In this document: in pieces, positions 37,206-45,470 of the stretch | Position numbering within the stretch: the first letter of the stretch is position 1 | How the letters are laid out: each line of letters starts with the position of its first letter | The notes under the pieces: generated by a model | Told to the model about the DNA's origin: nothing | What the model saw: only the letters and a program-made list of their open reading frames with translations | Databases searched by the model: none | Made by a program: the position numbers and the translations under genes | From: an uncultured Acidobacteriota bacterium | Lineage (GTDB): Bacteria > Acidobacteriota > Thermoanaerobaculia > Multivoradales > UBA5704 | Assembly: GCA_963700145.1 (NCBI GenBank) | Contig: OY969474.1 | Span: forward strand, 2,432,001-2,496,000 | Length of the DNA stretch: 64,000 nt | Direction: 5' to 3'

Positions 37206-37688
37206 CTAGGGAGCGCTCTCGCTCCGCTCGGGGACCGGCGGGCCGGCCGCGGCCCTCTCCTCCGACTGGCGCTCGATCGGCTCTTCGACGAAGCCGGAGC
37301 GGTCGTCGGCGAGGCGCCAGCTCCGCACCTCGGAGGGCTTGCCGTCGGTCACCGCCACGATCAGGTACGACACCCCCGGCCAGGCGTTCTCGCGGTCGAA
37401 CTCGCTCGGCTGCGCCGGGTGGTCGGGGTGCGAGTGGTAGTAGCCGACGATCTCGAGTCCCGCCTCGCGCGCCGCGCGCTGCGCCGCGAGCACCGTCTCC
37501 GGGCCGATGACGAAGCGGTTGGCGCGGCTCTCCTCCCGCTCGTTGTCGGCCGGCACGATCCGCTGCACCAGCAGACGCTCGCCCTCGGCCTTGCCGAGGA
37601 GGATGCCGCAGCACTCCTCGGGGTAGGCCGCGGCGGCGTGCCGCTCGATGGCGGCCAGGTCGGAAGGCACGAGGACGAGGGCGGTCAT
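37206..37688 (-). CDS. JAB/MPN+ (M67) metallopeptidase, Mec-like
   Basis: YPEECCG, YHSHPDHPAQPSEFD (complete JAMM motif). Confidence 0.9.
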   Translation of the reverse strand: MTALVLVPSDLAAIERHAAAAYPEECCGILLGKAEGERLLVQRIVPADNEREESRANRFVIGPETVLAAQRAAREAGLEIVGYYHSHPDHPAQPSEFDRENAWPGVSYLIVAVTDGKPSEVRSWRLADDRSGFVEEPIERQSEERAAAGPPVPERSESAP

Positions 37689-38671
37689 GACGGGCTCGCG
37701 GGCTCCTCCCAGAAGCGCTCGGACAGGTACTTGTCGGCGCCGTCGCAGAGGACCGTGACCAGCGTAGCACCCTCGCCGCCGCCGTCTTCTCCGTCGGCGG
37801 CGAGCCGCGCCGCCAGGCGGAGCGCCGCCGCCACGTTGGCGCCCGACGAGATCCCGGCCAGCACGCCGGCCTCGCGCGCCAGCCGGCGCACCATGGCGTG
37901 CGCCTCCTCGGTCGTCACCTCCCAGGCCTCGTCGGCCAGCGCCGGGTCGTAGATCGGCGGCACGATGGCCGAGGCCATGTGCTTCATCCCCTCGAGGCCG
38001 TGGAAGGCGCTGTCGGGTTCGACCGAGATCAGTCGCACGCCGGGCGCCCGCTCGCGGAGACACCGCCCCACCCCCATGAACGTGCCGCTGGTCCCCAGGC
38101 CGGCGATGAAGTGAGTGAGGCGGCCGCCGGTCTGCGCCCAGATCTCGGGGCCGGTCGAGCGGTAGTGGGCGCCCCAGTTCTCGGGGTTGGAGTACTGGTC
38201 GAGGTAGGCGTAGCGCGCGGGGTCGGCGGCGGCCAGGCGGCGGGCCTCGAGGATGGCGCCGTCGCTGCCGGTCAGCGGGTCGGTGAGGAGCAGCTCGACG
38301 CCGTAGGCGGCGAGGATGCGCTTCCGTTCCGGGCTGGCGTTGGCCGGCAGGCAGAGGGTCACCGGGATGCCGAGCGCGGCACCGATCATGGCGTAGGCGA
38401 TCCCCGTGTTGCCGGAGGTGGAGTCGAGGAGGCGGCGCGGGGCGCCCGGCGCGAGGAGCCCGCGGCGGACCGCGTCCTCGACCATGGCGAGCGCCGGGCG
38501 GTCCTTGACCGAGCCGCCGGGGTTGGCGAGCTCGGCCTTGGCGTAGAGGCGGACGCGCGGCGTCCCGGTCAGCTGCGAGAGGTCGAGGAGCGGGGTGCGG
38601 CCGATGAGGTCGAGCAGCCGGCGCGGCCCGTGGCCACCGGCGGGCGAGGTCTCGTCCTCAACCTGCGTCAT
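37685..38671 (-). CDS. PLP-dependent cysteine synthase (CysM-like)
   Basis: NPGGSVKDR, STSGNTG, GLGTSGT. Confidence 0.9.
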   Translation of the reverse strand: MTQVEDETSPAGGHGPRRLLDLIGRTPLLDLSQLTGTPRVRLYAKAELANPGGSVKDRPALAMVEDAVRRGLLAPGAPRRLLDSTSGNTGIAYAMIGAALGIPVTLCLPANASPERKRILAAYGVELLLTDPLTGSDGAILEARRLAAADPARYAYLDQYSNPENWGAHYRSTGPEIWAQTGGRLTHFIAGLGTSGTFMGVGRCLRERAPGVRLISVEPDSAFHGLEGMKHMASAIVPPIYDPALADEAWEVTTEEAHAMVRRLAREAGVLAGISSGANVAAALRLAARLAADGEDGGGEGATLVTVLCDGADKYLSERFWEEPASPS

Positions 38672-38873
38672 CGAGAAGAGAGGAACCGGAGAGAGGGAGC
38701 TTCCACCTCCCAAGCTAACAGAGGTCGGCCCGAAGGGCAAGTGACTCGGGGGCCCACCGCCAATTGCCTGGCCGCCCGCGCAGGAAATGTGCGCCCTCTA
38801 CGCATGTTCAAATATCGAGACCCATCTTCTCTTCTTTTAGTGTACGATGATTCTTTCACCTAAAGGAGCCGCT

Positions 38874-39983
38874 ATGACCAAGTCGCGTTTGGTGCAGGCG
38901 CTTGCCGTCGTCCTGTTCTCCGCAACTGGAATCAGTGCCCAAGAGGTTCAGTTCACGCAACGATCGTTAGAGCGGATCGAGGGGAGCTTGCCCGAGAATG
39001 GAGTCGAGTTCTCATCGGTGCTGAAGCTGCCGGCACTTGCGGTCGTTGAGGTTCGACTCCCCACCGGGACGCTCGTTCGCGCCGAGATCGACTACGTGTC
39101 AGGGGATGTATTGGTGCAGAGCCTTGCGGGCGAGTCCGATGAACTGGTGCCTCTCGACTCCGACGATCCTTCCCTACTCGCGGCGCTGCTCGATGCCGTG
39201 GGTGATCCTCTGAGCCCGCGCGAGGAGACGCTGGCTCGCATGCTCGCCTTCGTCACAGCCTACCCATCGGGTGCCGTGATCGATGTCAACTCTGCCAGTG
39301 TGAAACAGGGACCGCGCGAGAAGGTAGTTAGCTCCCTCTGTGCGACTACCGGAAGCCAGCGTTCGGGCACCTTCGATGTCGGGACGAAGACCTATCGCCA
39401 GACGGCAAAGCTTGGACCCTGCTATAACCGCCAAAATCAGTGCATGGGGCGCTGTGGTCCTGGATGCAACGCGCCACCGAACCCCACGTTCCAGGTTTTT
39501 ACGCAGGACTGCCTGAACCATGATCTTTGTACCCTCAAGACCGGAACGATCTTCGGTGAATGCACGGACGAATGGCACGCTGCCGCCGACGATTTCCTGA
39601 GGGGGCGGGATTGCGGCGATCTCGATGGTACTTGGAAGGACAACTTCAATTACGTCTGGAAGCTGGTCCAGGGGCCCATTATCACAGGTACCGTTCAGGG
39701 AGCCGGTAGGGAGGCTCACTGCCGGCCTTGGAATGTCTCAGGGCTCCACACTGGAGACGACGTCTCCCTGGATGGCAACCGGCTCTTTCAGAAGGAGGGC
39801 TGCTGCCGGGCTTTTTCACTCAAGGGCGACATCACGACCTGCAGCAAAGCGAGCGGGACGTGGACAAATGTCTGCAGGGGAAGCGGAACGTGGACTCTGT
39901 CGCGCCAGGGCACCAGTGCCAAGCTTCAGTTCTTTGGGGACGACGGCGAGCCAAGCGCCGGCCCAGGGGCAGTGGAGGAATAG
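38874..39983 (+). CDS. Secreted Cys-rich hypothetical protein (visibly lower GC)
   Basis: Signal peptide; CMGRCGPGC..QDCLNHDLC..CTDEW..AADD; AAGGAG RBS. Confidence 0.7.
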   Translation: MTKSRLVQALAVVLFSATGISAQEVQFTQRSLERIEGSLPENGVEFSSVLKLPALAVVEVRLPTGTLVRAEIDYVSGDVLVQSLAGESDELVPLDSDDPSLLAALLDAVGDPLSPREETLARMLAFVTAYPSGAVIDVNSASVKQGPREKVVSSLCATTGSQRSGTFDVGTKTYRQTAKLGPCYNRQNQCMGRCGPGCNAPPNPTFQVFTQDCLNHDLCTLKTGTIFGECTDEWHAAADDFLRGRDCGDLDGTWKDNFNYVWKLVQGPIITGTVQGAGREAHCRPWNVSGLHTGDDVSLDGNRLFQKEGCCRAFSLKGDITTCSKASGTWTNVCRGSGTWTLSRQGTSAKLQFFGDDGEPSAGPGAVEE

Positions 39984-39999
39984 CAGCGCGAAGAACGGC

Positions 40000-40500
40000 T
40001 CAGCCCGTCTTCTTCTCGCCCAGCTCGATCAGCGTCTCCGGCCGCGGCAGCGGCGCCACCAGCGCGGCCTCGACCGCCTCCTCCTCGAGCCCCTGCCGGT
40101 CGGAGGAGAGCCGCCAGGCGCGCGTCTCCACGACCTGCCCGGCCGAGATCGCGGTGAGCAGGTAGCTCATGCCCGGGCGCAGCGTCTCGAGCTCCAGCTC
40201 GCTCGGCGTCGCCGTCCCGCCGGCGCGCGCCAGGTAGTAGCCGACGACCTCCATCCCCAGCGACTGCGCCTCGTGCGCCGCGGCGGCGTGGGTCTCGGCC
40301 GGCACCGGGTCGGCGCCCTGACCTTCGCCGCCGCCGTCGGCCGGCTGCACCGCCAGGATCCGCTCGACGAAGATCTTCTCCAGGCCGTTGCGGTGCGGTC
40401 TGCCGATGAGGACGCCGCAGCACTCGCCGGGGTACGTCATGGCGGCGTGGCGCCCGATGGCGTGGAGGTGAGTGGGCGAGATCACGAGATGGCAGTTCAT
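40000..40500 (-). CDS. Degenerate JAB/MPN domain protein lacking the Zn ligands (MPN-minus)
   Basis: Aligns with 37206..37688 (YPGECCG, EVVGYY, TPSE, PGMSYL, RAWRL) but HSH is LAR and the Asp is Glu. Confidence 0.75.
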   Translation of the reverse strand: MNCHLVISPTHLHAIGRHAAMTYPGECCGVLIGRPHRNGLEKIFVERILAVQPADGGGEGQGADPVPAETHAAAAHEAQSLGMEVVGYYLARAGGTATPSELELETLRPGMSYLLTAISAGQVVETRAWRLSSDRQGLEEEAVEAALVAPLPRPETLIELGEKKTG

Positions 40501-40616
40501 ACCCGGTTGCAACCCCTCTCTCGGAGCGTCGTGGCCGGTCGGGCCACGCGATTACGCGTCGCCCCGGCCGCACTGCAAGAGCAGGGCCAGAGGCGTTTTC
40601 CTCTATCCTGCGCGGC

Positions 40617-41273
40617 ATGGACGACAGCGTCCGCACCGGGGGCGAGCGGGTGCCGCCCGGCCAGTACGTCACCGAGAAGTGGCCGGTCCTCACCTACGGC
40701 CCGGAGCCGCACGTCGATCCAAGCGAGTGGACGCTGCGCCTCTCCGGCCTGGTCGAGGAGGAGCTGGCGTGGAGGTGGGAGGAGTTCCAAGCGCTGCCGC
40801 GGGTGCGCGTCACGGCGGACTTCCACTGCGTCACCCGCTTCTCCACCCTCGACAACGCCTGGGAGGGTGTCGCCACCCGCGAGCTGCTGCGCCGGGCGCG
40901 CGTGCGGCCCGAGGCATCGCACGTCCTCGTCCACTGCCACGGCGGCTACACCACCAACCTCCCGCTCGAGGACTTCCTCTCCGAGCGCGCGCTGGTGGCC
41001 GACACCTGGCGCGGCCAGCCGCTAGCGGTCGAGCACGGCGGCCCGGCGCGGCTCGTCGTCCCCCACCTCTACGCCTGGAAGAGCGCCAAGTGGGTCAGCG
41101 GCTTCGAGCTCCTCGACGCCGACCGCCGCGGCTTCTGGGAGGAGAACGGCTACCACACCTACGGCGACCCCTGGCGCGAGGAGCGCTTCAGCTTCCAGGA
41201 AGTCAAAGAGGCCTACCAGGTCCGGCGGCGGGCGAAGGAGCTGGGGTTGGTGCCGGGCCGACCTCCTCAATGA
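40617..41273 (+). CDS. Sulfite oxidase-like molybdopterin oxidoreductase (YuiH-like)
   Basis: RVPPGQ, DFHCVT, HGGPARLVVPHLYAWKSAKW, GFWEENGYH. Confidence 0.9.
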   Translation: MDDSVRTGGERVPPGQYVTEKWPVLTYGPEPHVDPSEWTLRLSGLVEEELAWRWEEFQALPRVRVTADFHCVTRFSTLDNAWEGVATRELLRRARVRPEASHVLVHCHGGYTTNLPLEDFLSERALVADTWRGQPLAVEHGGPARLVVPHLYAWKSAKWVSGFELLDADRRGFWEENGYHTYGDPWREERFSFQEVKEAYQVRRRAKELGLVPGRPPQ

Positions 41274-41475
41274 CGTCGCTCTCCGCCGGCGCGAGGGTGA
41301 TCGTCAGCGGCCGGCCCACGGCCGCGGCTTCCTTCAAGAGGCGCAAGGACACCTCGAAGGACGGGCGTGCTCTCGGCAGGCGGTAGAAGCGGGCCGACTC
41401 GTAGAACATGACCTCGACGTGATCCGCCCCCGGCGGCTCGCGAACGTGAGCCACCGTCATCTCGCGCCGACTCAT
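41203..41475 (-). CDS. Small protein resembling a stand-alone protein-glutaminase pro-domain
   Basis: VMFYESARFYRL..LLKEA..P.TITL..I..V resembles the N-terminal domain of the upstream gene; starts 1-10 nt after its stop (ATG at 41484 or 41475). Confidence 0.6.
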   Translation of the reverse strand: MSRREMTVAHVREPPGADHVEVMFYESARFYRLPRARPSFEVSLRLLKEAAAVGRPLTITLAPAESDVIEEVGPAPTPAPSPAAGPGRPL

Positions 41476-41485
41476 CCGCTCCATC

Positions 41486-42442
41486 CTACGGGCAGGTGAC
41501 CCCGTTCTTGTACCCGATCAGCGTGCCGTTCGTCGCCGTGTACGACGGATCCGTGGTGAACGTCGTGGTCGAGCCGAAGGCCGGCGTGTAGGCCGAGCCC
41601 GACTGGATCGAGTACTTCGACACTCTGGCGTGCGGATGGCAGGCGGGGTTCTCCTGCGCGGCCAGCCAACTGGTCAGCAGCACCGGCTTGTCGAACATGC
41701 CGGGATCGATGACCATCGCCAGCTCGGCGCTGATGCCCAGCTTTCTGATGTTGATGCGCACCCGCACGAGGGGGGCGACGTGGTACCACCAGGTCACGCA
41801 GCAGCCGCCCCATTTGTTCGCCTGCACCGAGAGCCGGTCGAGGTTGTCGACGGCAAAGCTGAACACCTTCTCGCAGCAGTAGCCGTACTGGGTGGTGATG
41901 ATCCGGCGCATCTCGTGAGCGCGCGCGTAGCAACCGTCGATCACGTACTGGAACGGGATGCAGTTCGGCACGCCGAACGGCCCCGGCAGGTGGCACGACT
42001 GTTGAGCGCAGAAGTCGAAGATCGCCTTGGCCGTCGCGTAGTTCGGGACGACGCGCTTGCAGAGCAGGAAGACCGGGATCTTCAGATAGTGCTCGACGAT
42101 GTTGAAGGTCATCGGATCGATCTTCGAGAGGTCGATGTCATAGATCTTCTCGGGTTTCTCGACGTAGGTCCGGCGGCGTTGGAACTCCTCCAGCTCCTCG
42201 CCGCGGAGGACGTCGATACGCCCGATGAAGCCCCGCCCCTCGTCGAGCTGGGCCTTCACCGGAGCGCCCTTCTCGAAGGCCTCCCCGAGCCGGGCCGCCG
42301 AGGCCTCGGCGGTCCTGGCGGTGGCCGACCGGAAGGTGTAGATCCGCTGCTTCTCGTTGAAGAGATACTCGGTCTCCTGCTCGCCCCTGCCCCGGCGAAT
42401 GGCGGCGATCGTCAGGAACTCCTCGCGCGGTTCCCTGGTCAT
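41486..42442 (-). CDS. Protein-glutamine glutaminase (protein-glutaminase family), no signal peptide
   Basis: CIPFQYVIDGCYARAHEM, CEKVF, CCVTWWYHVAP, VIDPGMF (Cys-His-Asp triad); GAGGAGG RBS. Confidence 0.85.
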   Translation of the reverse strand: MTREPREEFLTIAAIRRGRGEQETEYLFNEKQRIYTFRSATARTAEASAARLGEAFEKGAPVKAQLDEGRGFIGRIDVLRGEELEEFQRRRTYVEKPEKIYDIDLSKIDPMTFNIVEHYLKIPVFLLCKRVVPNYATAKAIFDFCAQQSCHLPGPFGVPNCIPFQYVIDGCYARAHEMRRIITTQYGYCCEKVFSFAVDNLDRLSVQANKWGGCCVTWWYHVAPLVRVRINIRKLGISAELAMVIDPGMFDKPVLLTSWLAAQENPACHPHARVSKYSIQSGSAYTPAFGSTTTFTTDPSYTATNGTLIGYKNGVTCP

Positions 42443-42649
42443 CTCGAGCCTCCTCTTGCCATGATCCTATGGCGTCCGGACGGCAGGCTGCGTTACGCAC
42501 GCTCAGCCGCTTGACCAGGTGACCACTCTCCTAGGGTTTCGGGCACGACAGGCTCCTTTCGTTCGTTGGGAATTGAGGGTGCGACGCTCCGCAACGCCCG
42601 CCGAGCGGCGGCGACCGGCCGCCGCGCGGCGCCCAATGACCTCCGGGAG

Positions 42650-42930
42650 GCGTGGAACTGCCTGCGGCGGCTTCGGAACCCTTTCCCGGAGCGTGGGAAT
42701 GGGTTGCGCGGGCCGGGGAACAGGTTGCGGAGCGCCGGGAACCTATTCCGAGCGGCTCGGAGGAGGTTCCGCAGCGCGCGCAACCCGTTCCCGGCGTCGC
42801 GCAATCGATTCCCGGCGCCGCGCAGGAGGTTCCGGAGGGCGCGCAGGAGGTTCCGAGGTCCCGGGAGGACATTGGGAGGCTCCACCGGGGCGTCTGGAGG
42901 TCGCGCGGGGACATTCCGGGGCTTCCGGCG
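42650..42930. repeat. 21-bp-period degenerate array (core SGSAACSNGTTCCS-like)
   Basis: cggaaccctttccc, gggaacaggttgcg, gggaacctattccg, cgcaacccgttccc, cgcaggaggttccg x2 at 21-nt spacing. Confidence 0.7.
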
Positions 42931-43009
42931 GGCGTTACGCCACCTTCTCCAGGGCCGCGGCGAGCTCCAGCTCCGGTGTAGGCTAGCCAAACAGGCAGGA
43001 GCCTGAACT

Positions 43010-43276
43010 ATGGAGATTTCCTTCCAAGTCCCCGATTCCGTCGCCGATCGGCTGAGAGCGTCGTGGCAGGACCTTCCCCGCCACGCGCTGGAGGCTCTCG
43101 CGGCCGACGCTTACCGGCAGGGCCTCCTGACGTCGGCCGAGGTGCAGGAGGTTCTCGGGATCGCTTCCCGACACGAGCTCGACGGCTTTCTCAAGCGGGC
43201 TGGAGCGTTCCTCCAATACACCGCCCAAGACCTCGAGGAGGACGTCCGGCGCTTCCGCGAAACGACCGCTCGGTGA
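43010..43276 (+). CDS. UPF0175 family putative antitoxin
   Basis: LEALAADAYRQGLLTSAEV..LG..SR.E.DGFLK..YT..DLEED. Confidence 0.8.
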   Translation: MEISFQVPDSVADRLRASWQDLPRHALEALAADAYRQGLLTSAEVQEVLGIASRHELDGFLKRAGAFLQYTAQDLEEDVRRFRETTAR

Positions 43277-43335
43277 TCGCGGCCTTCCGACACCTCACTC
43301 CGCAGCTCGACTCTCATCCTGCGTGGCTTCATCGG
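43273..43335 (+). pseudogene. Remnant of a DUF3368/PIN toxin 5' end
   Basis: GTGA-coupled GTG ATC GCG, then a frameshifted SDTS..LIL resembling the MIxxSDTSPLxxLI start; truncated. Confidence 0.35.
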
Positions 43336-43392
43336 AGCAGCGCGCCGGACACCAGTTCTCTGCCAGCCGCGTCTGCTTCGTTGAGAGCCACG

Positions 43393-44104
43393 ATGCCACC
43401 GACCCGTCACGACCGCCTCGTCCATGGCGTCCTGGTCTTCATCCTCGCCTGCGCCGCCGGACTCGCCGGCGGCATTGCCGCGCCGCTCGCCGGCGCGGAG
43501 GTGGCGCCGGCCGCCGTCGAGGTGCGCGGCACCGTCGTCGGGCCCGGCGGCGAGCCGGCGGCGGGGGCGGTGGTCGCCGTCGTCGCCACGCGGCGCAGCG
43601 AGCCGTCGGCGGTGGTGGTCGCCGGCGCCGACGGGGGGTTCGCGGCGACGGTCCCCGCCGGCACCTACGCTTTGACCGCCACTCACCCCCAGTGGGCGGC
43701 CGCCTACTCGCCGCCGGCGGAGGCGAGCGGCAAGGTGGTGCGCGACCTGCGCCTCCTGGCGCCGGCCGAGGGGGTTCTCCTCGAAGGCGGCGTCCGCGAC
43801 TCGACGGGGGCCGCCCTCGCCGGCGCGGAGGTGCACTGCATGCGCACCATCTCCCAGGGCGACCTCTTCGTCGGCCGTGCCGACGGCGCCGGACGCTACG
43901 CGCTGCGCCTGCCCTCCTCGCCCTACTACGGCTGCCACGCGGCGGCCGACGGGCTGCGCTCGCCGCTCGTCGAGATCGACGTCGCCGCCGGCGGGGTGCG
44001 GCAGCGGCAGGACTTGGTGATCCGCCGGCCGGCGCCCGCGCCGCAGGCGGTGGTCGACTGGATCCGCGCTCAGGCGATCCCGCTGCTGATGACGCGCGCC
44101 GGGC
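43393..44104 (+). pseudogene. Truncated 5' copy of the carboxypeptidase-regulatory-domain/erythromycin esterase gene (direct repeat of 53387-54075)
   Basis: Near-identical DNA and protein to 53387-54075; homology stops at ..acgcgcgccgggc; the frame runs on to 44190. Confidence 0.85.
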
Positions 44105-44162
44105 CGCTGCAACACCACCAACTGCTAGTCGTCTGTCCATCCCCACGAGTGAGGAGGCTCAC

Positions 44163-45386
44163 ATGGTCGACCTCGATGCCCCCGCAGTAGCCTTCGTTGC
44201 GCAGCAGCTCCTGGACGTCGTGAGGTCCGGCCGGGTCAGCACGCCGGCGCCCGTGCCGGAGTCGACGGGACTGGAGTCAGGGCTGGAGTTGGGAAAGCTG
44301 GAATCGGCGACGCCGAAGCCCAGCGGCCCGAAGCCGCCCGCCGAGCGAGTCGCGCTCCTCGTGGATGCCATCCAGCGCGGCCGGCAAACCGCGAGGCCGG
44401 AGGACCGACCTGACCCGGACCTGGCGGCGGAGGTCATCAAGGGTGCCCGCTCCGGGCTCGCCAAGGCGCAGGAGTCGAACCCGATGCTCACCCGGCGCGA
44501 GGAGGTCGGCCTCGAGGCCGTCATCCTCACCGACGGCACACGGCCGAGCCTCACCGTACGCGACGGGTTCGTCGACCTCCAGGCGCCCGACATCGGCGAC
44601 TGGGGCATCGCCCTACGGCACTTCGAAGACCCGATCCGCCGGCTGATCGCCTCCGTCGGTCGCGTCAACGTACCGGTCGGTCAGGGTTTCGTGGGCACCT
44701 GTTTCGTCGTCGCCGGCGATCTCGTGGCGACCAATCGACACGTGCTCGAGGAGATCGCCACCGAGGACCCCGAGGGCACCTGGACGCTCAAGTTCCCCGG
44801 CCGAACCACCGTCGATTTCATCGGCGAGGACGGTGCTGCGAGCGCCACGCGGATTCCGGTGAAGGGCGTCGTGTTTGCCGGGCTCAACCCCATCAACCGT
44901 CAGGTCCACTTTCCCAACCTAGACCTTGCCCTGTTGCGGGTGGACGCGAGCCGAGTCGCCGACTTCCCTTCAGCCGTCCAGCTCGAGAAGGACCTCGCAC
45001 CGCTGGGGCCGTCCCGCGAACTCTACGCTGTCGGCTTCCCGGCGCGTCCCCAGACCCACTTCGGTACCTCCACGCCGCCGCCGGGGACCGAGACCGTGGA
45101 GGTGATGAGCTCGGTCTTCGGTTGGAAGTTCGGCATCAAGAAGCTGGCGCCCGGCGCCGCGGTGGCCGTCCCCGGACAGCTGCCGACGGACACGAAGAAA
45201 TGGGTCTTCACACACAACGCCTCGACCCTCGGCGGCAACTCGGGCTCCTGCGTTGTCGACCTCGGCATCGATGGCGGACGCGTCATCGGAATCCACTTCG
45301 CCGGCGAGTCCAGGGCGCAGAATTGGGCGCACTCCTTTGCGGCCGTGAAGGGGAGTATCAATAGCTTCGGGCTAACGTATGTGTAG
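44163..45386 (+). CDS. Trypsin-like serine protease (conflict-system effector type)
   Basis: LEAVIL..RP, ATNRHV, LDLALL, HNASTLGGNSGS; GAGGAGG RBS. Confidence 0.85.
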   Translation: MVDLDAPAVAFVAQQLLDVVRSGRVSTPAPVPESTGLESGLELGKLESATPKPSGPKPPAERVALLVDAIQRGRQTARPEDRPDPDLAAEVIKGARSGLAKAQESNPMLTRREEVGLEAVILTDGTRPSLTVRDGFVDLQAPDIGDWGIALRHFEDPIRRLIASVGRVNVPVGQGFVGTCFVVAGDLVATNRHVLEEIATEDPEGTWTLKFPGRTTVDFIGEDGAASATRIPVKGVVFAGLNPINRQVHFPNLDLALLRVDASRVADFPSAVQLEKDLAPLGPSRELYAVGFPARPQTHFGTSTPPPGTETVEVMSSVFGWKFGIKKLAPGAAVAVPGQLPTDTKKWVFTHNASTLGGNSGSCVVDLGIDGGRVIGIHFAGESRAQNWAHSFAAVKGSINSFGLTYV

Positions 45387-45470
45387 GCGACGCGAGGCTG
45401 AGCCTGCGCCAATCCCGTCGCGGCTTCGGCAGTCGGCGACCCCGGGACGGGCTGCTATTTCTCGGGGGCG

